This document shows, one piece after another, positions 1 through 13,281 of a DNA stretch of 64,000 bases. A program made the translations under genes and the position numbers. A model generated the notes under the pieces. It did not search any database. It saw only the letters and a list, made by a program, of their open reading frames with translations, and was not told the DNA's origin. The stretch's first letter is position 1. Every line of letters starts with the position of its first letter. The stretch lies in the NCBI RefSeq assembly GCF_009914755.1, contig NC_060925.1. One strand, written 5' to 3'. Source of the DNA: the human T2T-CHM13v2.0 reference genome, Homo sapiens.

Positions 1-1159
1 TACATAAGGGCATAAAATAAAAATTTAACCTTTTTTAGTTTTTCAAAAAAGTCTATAAAAATAGTAAGTGAAATGAAAGCAATCTTCTATTAACAGGAAG
101 ATAGTCTAGGGCTGAGTTTATGCTTTGTGGAGCATCCATGTTGTATGTGAAAGGTAGCTGTACTTTCATAAGAATTGCTGAATAGTAAAGAGAATTGGAA
201 TAATGTTTAATATTACATATGGTAATACCATTAAAATATAAGCAGATTTATACATGTTTTCTCCTAGGAACATGTCTTCATGTACTAGTTTTCTGTCTAT
301 ATTGAGAAGTCATGATTATTATATCCTTATTCTATACTAATTAGCTCATTTCCTAATAGCAGTAGGTGCCAGTGTATCAAAGATATAAGATTGTTCTGAA
401 AACTGCTTAGATGTAACGGAGACTCAGGACACTTTTCTAAATTTTCATTTATTCAAATATTATTTATCTATAGAACTATGGTTTTTAAAAATAACATTTT
501 TAGATCTGTACTATATAACCCTGGTAGAACCAGTATCACACCAAATGTGTTTGATAAACACCTCTAAATTGCTAAGAGTAAGATGAAAATGATCTTTTGT
601 GATAAGAGATTTAAAAATGGTAGTCTATTTCAAAAATATCAAAAATAAAAGAAGGAATAAAAGCTTCACAATAAATTAATGCTTTACTCTCTAATATGCT
701 TCCTTTAAGTATAAACCATTCCATTTAGCATTCAGAAACTGCTATTGAATCAGTCTACATCCAAAACATATTCACTCACTACAATTTGTGTTGTCATTTT
801 GGAATATGACTTTAAAGCATGAGTCATAAAGCCTGTGAAGTGCTATTGTCAAAAAAGTCATAACATACGTTATTTAAAGGAACACATTAAATTCTGCATT
901 ATTGTAAATATACTTTTCATAATGCTGTTTGCTAAAATACTTTAAAAAAATCTACAAATTTACTTTCAATAGCTTTTCATTGAATGGGAGATTTTTAAAG
1001 CATATACTCTGATTTTGTGCTTCTCTGCAAGGTAATAATTTCAACATTATCATTATCATGAGTACATTCTTTAAAATTTAAATGTCTTAAATTCAATATG
1101 CCTATAATTTTCTGTGAATCTGCACATATAAGTATCCACATGTAATTCTTATGAATATA

Positions 1160-1790
1160 GATTTCATCTCCTTTCCCCACCTATACCCACTTTCCTGCAG
1201 AACAGCTAGAGTAATCCATTTAAAATGAAACCCAGATTATGCCATTCTGCTACTTAAAACACTCCAATATCTCTCCATAACACTTAGGATAAACCAAATT
1301 ACTTGGCTGCTCAACACCCTACTTGATTGGTCCCTGCCTCAGCCTCTCTAATGTCAATGCCTATCATTCTTCCTTAGTTCCTATCATATCACACCCTGAA
1401 CTTCCTTAGTTCAGGGTGTGATAGCTATACTGGTAACATTCTGGCCCTTGAATGTCCTTGAATATCTGAAGATTTACCTCTGCATTATGGTCACAGCTGC
1501 TCCCCCTTTATCTTCCTATGCTTATTTCCTTCTTGACACGTAAATCTTAGCTTAAATGTCACCATCTCAGAGAAGTCTTTGTAGGTCACCAACCCAAAAG
1601 TAGCTGCCATCTTCCAAGCATTGCCCATAATGTTACCCCTGCTTAATTTCCATCTGAGCTGTCATCCTTTGTGTATGTAGGTGTATATATATATTTATTT
1701 TGGTTTGATGTCAGCCACACCCAACCAAAAGTAAGCGGCATAAACCTAGTGCCTGGCCCTTAGTAGATGTTTTGAAGGGATGAGTGGAAC
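1160..1790 (+). mobile_element. LINE-2 (L2) 3' fragment, highly diverged
   Basis: L2-like phrases (cagctagagtaatc..., cttagcttaaatgtcaccatctcagagaagtctt, ...cctagtgcctggcccttagtagatg) ending in a degenerate L2 3' tail. Confidence 0.75.
1387..1423. repeat. Perfect 16-bp inverted repeat with 5-nt loop
   Basis: tatcacaccctgaact (1387-1402) / tcctt / agttcagggtgtgata (1408-1423) are exact reverse complements. Confidence 0.97.
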
Positions 1791-1834
1791 AGTAAGATAC
1801 AGAGGCCTTGCTGTAGCTTACCTCCTAACTCTTA

Positions 1835-2025
1835 AGTTTTGGCTTTTTCTCTCATTTGCTATGTGACTTTAGGCAATTACTCAAACTCTCTAAGCCTATT
1901 TCCTCATCGGTAGAAATAAAATTGTCATACCTATTTCATGAGGATTTTTGAATAATAATGAGATACTACGTATTCAATATTTAACTTGTTGATTGATACA
2001 CAGAAGTCAAAAATTCTTAGCTATT
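1835..2025 (+). mobile_element. MIR SINE
   Basis: MIR core: gctatgtgactttaggcaattactcaaactctctaagcctatttcctcatcggtagaaat. Confidence 0.8.
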
Positions 2026-3754
2026 TAAATGTTGTATATATGTGTGTGTATACATATGTACACATATATGTGTATATATATGGAAAGAAAGAGTCTCATC
2101 TTCAATACAATACATTATATTTCTGAGGCTAATGTTTTATGTCATTTATGAATAATTTAAAACATAAAATAACATGAGAAAAAATAAAGTTTTGAATGAT
2201 AAAAGAAACATTAAAGGTTATATATGAATTTAAATGTAATTTTCTCAACATAATCGTTAGTGATTTTTCTCCATAAAATGTGTCCGTATTTTATTGCAAA
2301 TGTAAAACAATACATAAGAGTATAAAGTTTCAAAAGTACTTACTTCATAATCACCTTAATTTTACTATTATAGATTTCATCTTACATTGTCTGTTTTTAT
2401 GAAAGCATGTGATTCAAATGCTCCATTACTTCTATTACTCTATAGAGTACTGAAAATCAACATATTTTTACAAAGTAAATGACTAGTGGGCTGATGATAA
2501 ATGTTATTTAATGAAAGACAAATATTACTTTTTAAATGTTTTAAAATATAACTAATATGTGAGAATTGATATTTTTATAAATATGGAGTTTTTATCCTCT
2601 GGAAAATTTAATTATCTCACCTTTTTAAATTTATGCTGCTATAAGGGCCTTCTGTTTTGCAACATTATTGGAAATATAGTCCCTAAATCTTCGTTTTAAA
2701 ACTTGGCTTTTAAATTGAAAAATCTAAAAATATGGGCTTTTAGAAAAACTTCTGGAGTTAAGGGAAGAAAATGTATAAGAATGAATGAAGTTACAATATT
2801 CTAAGACAGAAAATGACAGGTTGCTGTCACTGATGTACAAGCTAGACCAATCTGTTTGGGTCAATATGCGAATGTTGACTTAGGAAAGAGATATAGCAGG
2901 AAAGCAAAAGTTTTGTACACTAGAAAGCCACATGGCAGTCTGAACTTTTCAGAGGAGATGGGTGGGGCTTATGGATTCTTTAAAAAAGCAAAGTCATCCC
3001 ACTTTTAATATAGCATATAGGGCTTTCTTTAGTAAAAACGTATCTTTCTCCTAAATCAACATTTAGACTTATAGTCAACTATAAAAAGAAAGGCTGACTA
3101 CCAATTAACTGACTCTTTTATACCACCCAGGCAAGCTTCTCAGTTACATTTGTTATTTTAGAAAAGTACATGTTAGACTTAAGAGGGAACCCACATGAGT
3201 TTTGGCATTCTTCTTTTCTCCTCAAATAAAACATGAAAAGCTGTATTGAAAAGAAGATCAAATGATGAACAAACTAAATTTGTTATAATTGTTGTTAACA
3301 ATATCTAATAATTTTGTTTCTTCTCACAAAGTTCAAAAAACAGTGTTAATTCAGTTCATACCATTTGAATTACAGTGAGATGCTTCAAAAGTGTCAAGTT
3401 AAACGAGTATACAAAACTGAGTTCTAAAATATAGATTTATTCAGATTAAAACTTTCATTCCAATGCTATGTTAAAATATTAATTTATAGAATAAATACAC
3501 AGAGATTACTCACCATATGCCAGGTAGTCTTCCAGGTGCTGAGACCCAAAACTGAACAAAAGAAAACCCAGCCATGGACAGGTTCTACACGTGTTATGTA
3601 AAACCTTCCATGAACATCTCTGTGCTTGGAATTGGAACTTTAAGGAGCTTGCCACCAGAATTTTATTCAGAACTTACCAATAAGGATCTATATAATTCGA
3701 GTGAACTCCATTTAAGTTTTTTATGTCTTTATTTCCATGTGTGCTATAGGGTGG

Positions 3755-3995
3755 AGAGGAAGTATCCTGTGGTGGCTAAGCATGCATGCTCCGAAGCCAG
3801 GTGGCCTGCCACACTGCTTCCTCTCCGTGCAACACTGGGCCCTCTCTGACCTTTGGTTTCCTCATCTACAAATGGAAGGTTATAATGATATCTACCTTCT
3901 AGATTGTTATAAGGAATAAACTAAATAACACTTGTGTGGTACTTAGGCTAGAACTTACATTATAAGCACTCAACAAATGTTCATTATTATTATTG
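3755..3995 (+). mobile_element. MIR SINE
   Basis: cctctctgacctttggtttcctcatctacaaatggaagg...taagcactcaacaaatgttcattattatt. Confidence 0.85.
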
Positions 3996-4664
3996 CTTAA
4001 GCTGAGGGAATAGCTAGATAGCACCAGATTCTTACGTGTACAGCAGAAGAGAAGGACCGGGGGAAAAAAATCCATATTGTTTGCATTCTCTTCTTAGAAA
4101 ACAAGAAAGTGAAACATGAATGGAAGGATTTGTGCTTGTCGTTCTAACATCTGGCATTATTTTAATCAAAGAGGAGGACTGAATGTCTCATTAAGTTTAT
4201 ACTATTATTTTTCACCAAATTAAAATAAAAACACTGTCAGACTTCAATTTTCAGAAGAAGCTCAAACTATATATGTATAATTTCCACTTCTAACCATTTT
4301 ATGATCCAATTCTTATGGTAATATTTGGGAAGAATCTTCCCTTTGGGGATCTCTTTCTCATTCTGCATCACCTTTATTACTATTCTTTAAAGAAAATGTA
4401 CAGTTTGTTAGCAATAAAATTATGGAAAATGGCCTTTGGTCCACTTTGGAAATAAACTTGAATAGCAAGCATATGAAATATTTTGGAGAGTTTTTCTTTT
4501 AAGTGGCAAGCTATTGTTCTATTATGGATATAGCCAAGGTTAAAGAAGTTCCATATGGCTTGAGCAGTAGTAACACCACCAATAATTAAAGGCTGCCCCA
4601 ATGTCTCTACTTAGCTATGACACCATAACCATAATTATTTTAGGACTGAAATGAACTATGGTTT

Positions 4665-4790
4665 TTCTCTAGTCTAACCTATCATTTAACAGTTGAAGAA
4701 ACTGAGGCTTAGTTAGATAAATTTGCTGACCCAAGACCACTTGGCAAGTTGGCAATGGAAAAGGGAATGCAATTCACATCTCCTGCCACT
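4665..4790 (-). mobile_element. MIR SINE fragment
   Basis: catttaacagttgaagaaactgaggcttag...gacccaagaccac is the reverse complement of the MIR core. Confidence 0.7.
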
Positions 4791-5959
4791 CATAACAACA
4801 CCCTTGCCCTTGAACATTGGCATCTTGCAATAATGGAAAAGGTATACATCTTGAGCATTTTGTTCAACTACTTTTCCTTTATTTTCTCTAGAAAATATAA
4901 CTATGAAGAATTATAATGTAACTGAAGATAATGGGAATCTGGATTAATTTTTACTTTCAGTTTGCGTATATTCTGACCCATATAAGAATTCATCTTTTTC
5001 CTCCCCCTTGAAAATCTGTTATATTTTTCTCTTCCTCTTAAAAGTTTTAACAAATAATAAATGAGTATCTCAGAAACATACATAATGATATGCATTGTTT
5101 TCATGTTGTGTTTTTTTATATCACTTCAAAATTTTTAAGTAAAATTTATAATTAAGTTTATAATTTATAATTTGTAAATTTAAGTAAAATTTATAATTTA
5201 TGGTTAATATAGCAAGTAATATTTTCTTCCCATTATTCCCCTTAGGCACATGGAAATTGGGGATAGACTTTAAGTATGATTTTAAAAGTTAACATGAAGG
5301 TAAATAAGTTTATTTGACATAAACACACTGTCTCATAGATTAGCTATAATAGAAGCTGTTTAATCTATCTCTGTATATATATGTTTATCCCTTAGTCAAC
5401 TGTGTGTTCCAAATAAATCATTTTGGTTTTCTTCCCCATTTTTAATCTTCAGAGTTTTCTTCCCTAAGAACAAAAGTCAATAAGCATATTACTTGTTATA
5501 CATTAAACAATTAACTGAATGGATTAAGATAGTTTTATTTTAGCCTAACTCTTAAGCAGGAAAAGAGATTCAATGTTGCCTCTTCAGTTTGAGTTGGTTA
5601 GCTTTATGCGTAGGCAAAAAGGCAATTGCAATTATATTATCTGATTATTTGTAAGAATTAAGATAAATTAGTGCTCTAAACGGAGTCAGTCAACCCTCTT
5701 CCATTTCCCTTTCTAGTAAATAGAATGAAGACAAGATTATTTTCAGAAAAACATTCAGAAAGCTTCAGGCCGGCTCTTTGAGTAGATAGGTGATTTACTG
5801 GGCATCTGGGTGGAGCATAGAAGCACTGAAGTAGAGGAGGGAGAAGTGACAAAAAAGTATATATTTGCGAGATCTATTATTTGTCTGGCCTTTAACATAA
5901 ATGAATGGTCTTTCTTCTTAGGTTTTCATGACACATTCTCTTTGGGCATGCTTCAACTA

Positions 5960-8058
<2,099 letters not shown>

Positions 8059-9081
8059 ACAATGAGATCACTTGGACACAGGAAGGGGAATATCACACTC
8101 TGGGGACTGTGGTGGGGTCGGGGGAGGGGGGAGGGATAGCATTGGGAGATATACCTAATGCTAGATGACAAGTTAGTGGGTGCAGTGCACCAGCATGGCA
8201 CATGTATACATATGTAACTAACCTGCACAATGTGCACATGTACCCTAAAACTTAGAGTATAATAAAAAAAAAAATTAAAAAAAAAAACAAAAACATTTCA
8301 TCAAGTCAGTTGGAGCTTCCACTCCATCAAGACAGGGAGTTTGCCCATGCTTGAGACCTGCTCTGTAATATTTCTTTATAATTTCAGCTATGACTTTGTT
8401 CATGCTGGTACAGAATTTAATGCTCACTATTTCATTACTGTTGAAACTTTGCAATTTATAGTAGCTTTTACCATTATATCATGGCCATTCATGTTTCTTA
8501 TATTTCTTTTAGCCTTAAATGCCACCTTTTTTGGTATTAACATCGAGTCTTCTGCTTTCTTGGTTTGCATTTTTTCTTATCTTTTTGTTCACTCCTTGAC
8601 TCTCTAATTCTCCTTACCAATTGTTTTAAGCATGACTGTGTAAACATTAAGTACATTGGTGTTATGTTTACTCAATGTGAGAGTCTACCTTTAATGGCAA
8701 AATTCATTCCATTCTCAGAGTAGAGATCAGTATATCTCATGTTTACTACTGGCTTAAATTTCTTATTATTTTTTTCTCTTATTGTTTTATTTGAACAAAT
8801 TACTATTTATGTTATCTTTTGTTTTTGTTTCAGTTATAGTTTTCCATTCTGTTAATGCTTTCCCCTTTTCTTGCTCTTCTTATTAGATATCTATGACTCT
8901 ACTATTATTTTAAGAAGATAAACTATGCTCTCAGTTGAGATAGACTGTCTTACTCAGCCAACACTCAGTTTTCTTTGATATCTTTCTCATTCCTCAAAAC
9001 AATAACAAAGGAAGATGAAAACCTAGAAAAAATTACATTAGGTCTCTCCACTATTTGCAAGATGCCATTTCAATTTTAAGA

Positions 9082-9551
<470 letters not shown>

Positions 9552-11217
9552 GGCCTCAAGATTTTTAAATTTAGCATTAAATAACCTACTAGATTTTATT
9601 TATTAAGATAGAAAAAATAGATTGAAAAAAGATAATGAGTAAATTAATAGGTGAACGAATGAATGGATAGGTGGATAGGTAAATAGATCACCACCTTCCT
9701 TCCTCCTCTTATTTCTTAAATTCCCTTTTGATTGGTGTGAGTCTTTTTTCAAGTAATTTTTTCATGCAGAGTATTTGTGTGGTACATATTCTAAATTTTT
9801 GTGTTTTTTAAAGTAAATAATATCTCAGGTTGCTACATAATTCTCGAGTTATAAATCCTTTCCCCCTTTTTAGCGTCAACTATTACTAATAAGAAATACC
9901 ATGCCAAACATACTTTCTCCACAAACCTTGCAGACAACTTTTATTTCTATGTGGAGGTGTCTATATTTAAAAAACTTTTGACTTTAGGAATTTCACCAGG
10001 ATAAAATGTTAGATTTGTTTCTTTATTCATCAGTTTAGTTTAGAACTCTTAAAGTCCTTTTGCTGCACAGACTTTAGTTTTTTCTTCATGTCAGGGGAAT
10101 TTTCTTAAATAATTTATTCAATTACTGTCTCTCCTATTTCTGTTTTTTTTCTTCTGAAAATTCTATCATTTATGTTGTCTGTCATGAATCTAGTCTTCAG
10201 TCCTTTTATCTTTTCCCTCATGATAGCCATCTCTCTATAGTTTTGCTTTGTCATTAGAAATGTTACTTGTACTTGACCTCTTAAGTTACTTCATATGATT
10301 TTTATATTGGCCATTCTCTTTCAGTTCAACTATTATATTGCTTACCCTAAAATAATGATTTTTTGTTTTATTTTGCTTTGCTATTGTTTTAGCACAAGAC
10401 AGACTTTTGAAACTCAAGTGTACTGAATGTTATATTTTGTATTTTTCTCTCTCCCCACAAGCAGTTTTGCTTCACTGCAAATATGCCCTGATTATTCTGC
10501 CTGATCATCCTTTCTGACTGGTGGGAAATTTTAGATAGGTTGTTATTTCTGACTTCTTGTCTCATGCAGCTCAGATCTAGAGGTTGGAGCTTCCTAAGAG
10601 TTTAGAATCCCATGGCTAAGAAAAGCAGAATAGTTCTGACACCCACAGTTTAGAGGGTTGCCTGTTTCTTGCCAAAGGACCTGGAGGAATTCTCTTCACT
10701 CTCTAGCTCCCTTGAACTCTTTCAGCCTCTAGGGACAGGAGAACTCATTCATCACTGCCCCTCTCAATCTTCTAGGGGCCAGAGGCACCTTATATATTCA
10801 TTCAGAAGAATGTCACCCTTCTTCTTATGGTTTCCCAAAATATAAGAGAGCAATTATGAAAAAAAATGAAAGAATCATAGGATAGGTCCAGAAGATATAA
10901 AGCTTCTTCCTTCCTTCCACAAATCTGTGAAAGCTAGAGTCTTCCTACAATCTACTTCTTTATTCTCCTTTTTCCCAGGCAATAATGCATTACTCTAGTA
11001 GCTTGCCCTGCCACAGTTCTTTCTGCTGTGATTTTAACAGACATCGTATCCCAATTATACCAGTTTTCCATGGGTTCCAAAGTCTCCTGCATTAATAGAG
11101 TCAAATAGCTTGGAATAGGAGTTGATAAAAAAGAGAAGGTGGCCCAGCTGCTGCCAGAATCTCTGCTCATGGTATCTATTTTCTGTAACACTCCCATAGT
11201 GAGCTGATCAAATCCTA

Positions 11218-11480
11218 CTAGTGAGTGAGTTCTCGTGAGATCTGGTCATTTGAAAGTGTGCGGTACTTCCCCACTCATTCTCCTGCTCTTGCTTACATGT
11301 GACAGGCTTCTCTCCCTTTGCCTTCTGCCATGATTGGAAGCTTCCTGCGGCCTCTCCAGAAGCAGATGTCGCTATGCTTCCTGTAGAGCCTGCAGAAGTG
11401 TGAACCAGTTAAACTTCTTTTCTCATAAATTACCCAGTGTCAGGTATTTCTTTAAAGCAATGCAAGAAGGAACTAATCCA
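11218..11480 (+). mobile_element. MaLR LTR 3' part (MSTB-like)
   Basis: gagtgagttctcgtgagatctgg...ccttctgccatgattggaagcttcctg...caggtatttctttaaagcaatgcaagaaggaactaatcca. Confidence 0.88.
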
Positions 11481-12300
11481 CTGCTCCAGAAAAGATATCA
11501 TATATGACACAGCATCTACAATTAAGGCATAAATTTACTTGAGTTACAGTAGCTCACTTTCACGCTCAAAGATCCATCTGACTTTTTTATGTTGGTGAAT
11601 AAATGGCGATATCATCGGGACTACCTCCCATGGATCCTTAGGTCTTTAATAATGGCACTAACTGTGGCTATTTTTCCAGAATAAGATATTATTTTGGATT
11701 TACTCTCTTGACTGTAGAGTACAAGGGTAATTTCAGAGGCTTCCATTTGGCATTTCTTTTTACAATATCCCCTACCTCACAGGCCAAGGAACCAGAGTGG
11801 GATTGTTTCCAATAATAAGGTGTGCTTACTTTAATTATATACCAAGGACCAAGAAAATGATCATCCATGGCCCTAGTAGACCCACGGTGAGCTGGACCTG
11901 TTCCAGAACCTGCACTTATTATTCAGCCCTCATTCACACCTAATCTAATATAGCAGCCATGGTGTTTCTTTCAGCCCCTGTTTATCTAGGTCAACTCGAG
12001 TCCTACATGAAACAGTCCTTGAACTATTTCAGTGTTCCCTTTCCCCAGTGAACAATTACCTAAGCAAATGGCCACAGACCTTTTGGGGAAGGACTGGAGA
12101 ATTGTTACCTAAATACTTTTCATGGTAATGTTGGGTCCTTCCCCTGAGGAGTTGGCATCTCCTCCCATCAGTGGGTTCCTGGACTGAAAACTGCTACAAG
12201 TTCTGCAGTAGGAAAGAAATTGTGACTCTTTATTGAGGCAACTGCCCTTAAATTCCTGTTCATCCCTCTGTGGTTTTCGTGGCTTGTACAGATTGAGCTA
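11481..12300 (-). mobile_element. ERV-L internal fragment (protease and start of reverse transcriptase), decayed
   Basis: Minus-strand translation gives ERV-L motifs in the right order: LWPFA*VIVHWGKGNT (about 12030-12080), AKWKPLK (about 11730-11752), KKSDGSL...IVDAVSYMISFLEQ (about 11481-11590). Confidence 0.8.
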
Positions 12301-12745
12301 GACTGTGTAGCAGGAGAATATCACAGGTATGATGAACACATTTGGAAATATGTGATCTCATTTGTGTCTTCATCTCTTGAGTAGTTAACATTATCCAGCT
12401 CCTCTGGACCTCAGCTGCAAAAATGCGTCTTGCCCACCTGGAAATAACTTCAGAGTGCCTACACTATTCTAGCCACTGCAGCCTCTTCTTACCTACTGAG
12501 GAGAGCTGATCTGGCATCGTCCTTGGGAGTTTCTCTACTCTTAGATTCCTTACTAACATGATGTGTTTCTACTAACATAGGTTAGTAGACACAAACAAAC
12601 ACATGGTGTGTTGTTTGAGTGTGACCAGTCTCAGATTCCACTGTGTATGACACAGTTTCACTGGCTCTCAGTCGCTTCATCTCCTCAACAACTGACTCAC
12701 TGATAGTGTTCTGCCTGTAACTACATCAGGAGTAAGAATAAACAG

Positions 12746-12747
<2 letters not shown>

Positions 12748-12782
<35 letters not shown>

Positions 12783-12810
12783 TATGTGTATGTGTGTGTG
12801 TATGTCTGTG
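12748..12810. repeat. (GT)n microsatellite
   Basis: About 17 perfect GT units followed by interrupted units. Confidence 0.97.
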
Positions 12811-12989
12811 AAGAAGGGGAGGATCGTGGTGGGAAAAGATCTGTATCTCAAATATATTTTTTCCTTCTATAGAGCACCTTCTGACTCACCCATTTACTAT
12901 AATCTAACACTGAGATAAAGTGTAACTTTCTCAGCTTCCTTCAAGGTTAATTTTCAGAGATCTGAACATGCACACTGACATGAGCTGTC

Positions 12990-13281
12990 AGGATACATCT
13001 TGATTTCTAAAAGGCATTTAATCAGTTTTCCAAGATATTCCTGCAGATAAAATGAGTGAATGTTGAAAGAATAATAATAAAGTTATTATTCCAGTTATGA
13101 ATAACCACACCCAAAGAATACCAAGCTTCAAATCACTGTCAGCCTTGAGTTAGGTTTCTTGTGACATGCATTGGATACTGTCTTATTCAACATTTTAATC
13201 AATGGCTTGGATAAAAATAAAGGTACACTTATAAAAGCAAAGTCGGATGAAAAATGCTAAGATTTAAAAATAGAGTAAAGT
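12990..13281 (+). mobile_element. L3/CR1 LINE fragment (continues beyond THE1A at about 15566-15605 and 15900-16200)
   Basis: CR1-type RT phrase ttattcaacattttaatcaatggcttggat...acacttataaaa; downstream ctgcaatgatcagagcacttc...ccagtgctgggcagcacc. Confidence 0.6.

Noticed and set aside
8261-8304. 3' transduction after the young L1
   Set aside because: The poly(A) tail runs directly into the TSD with no extra sequence.
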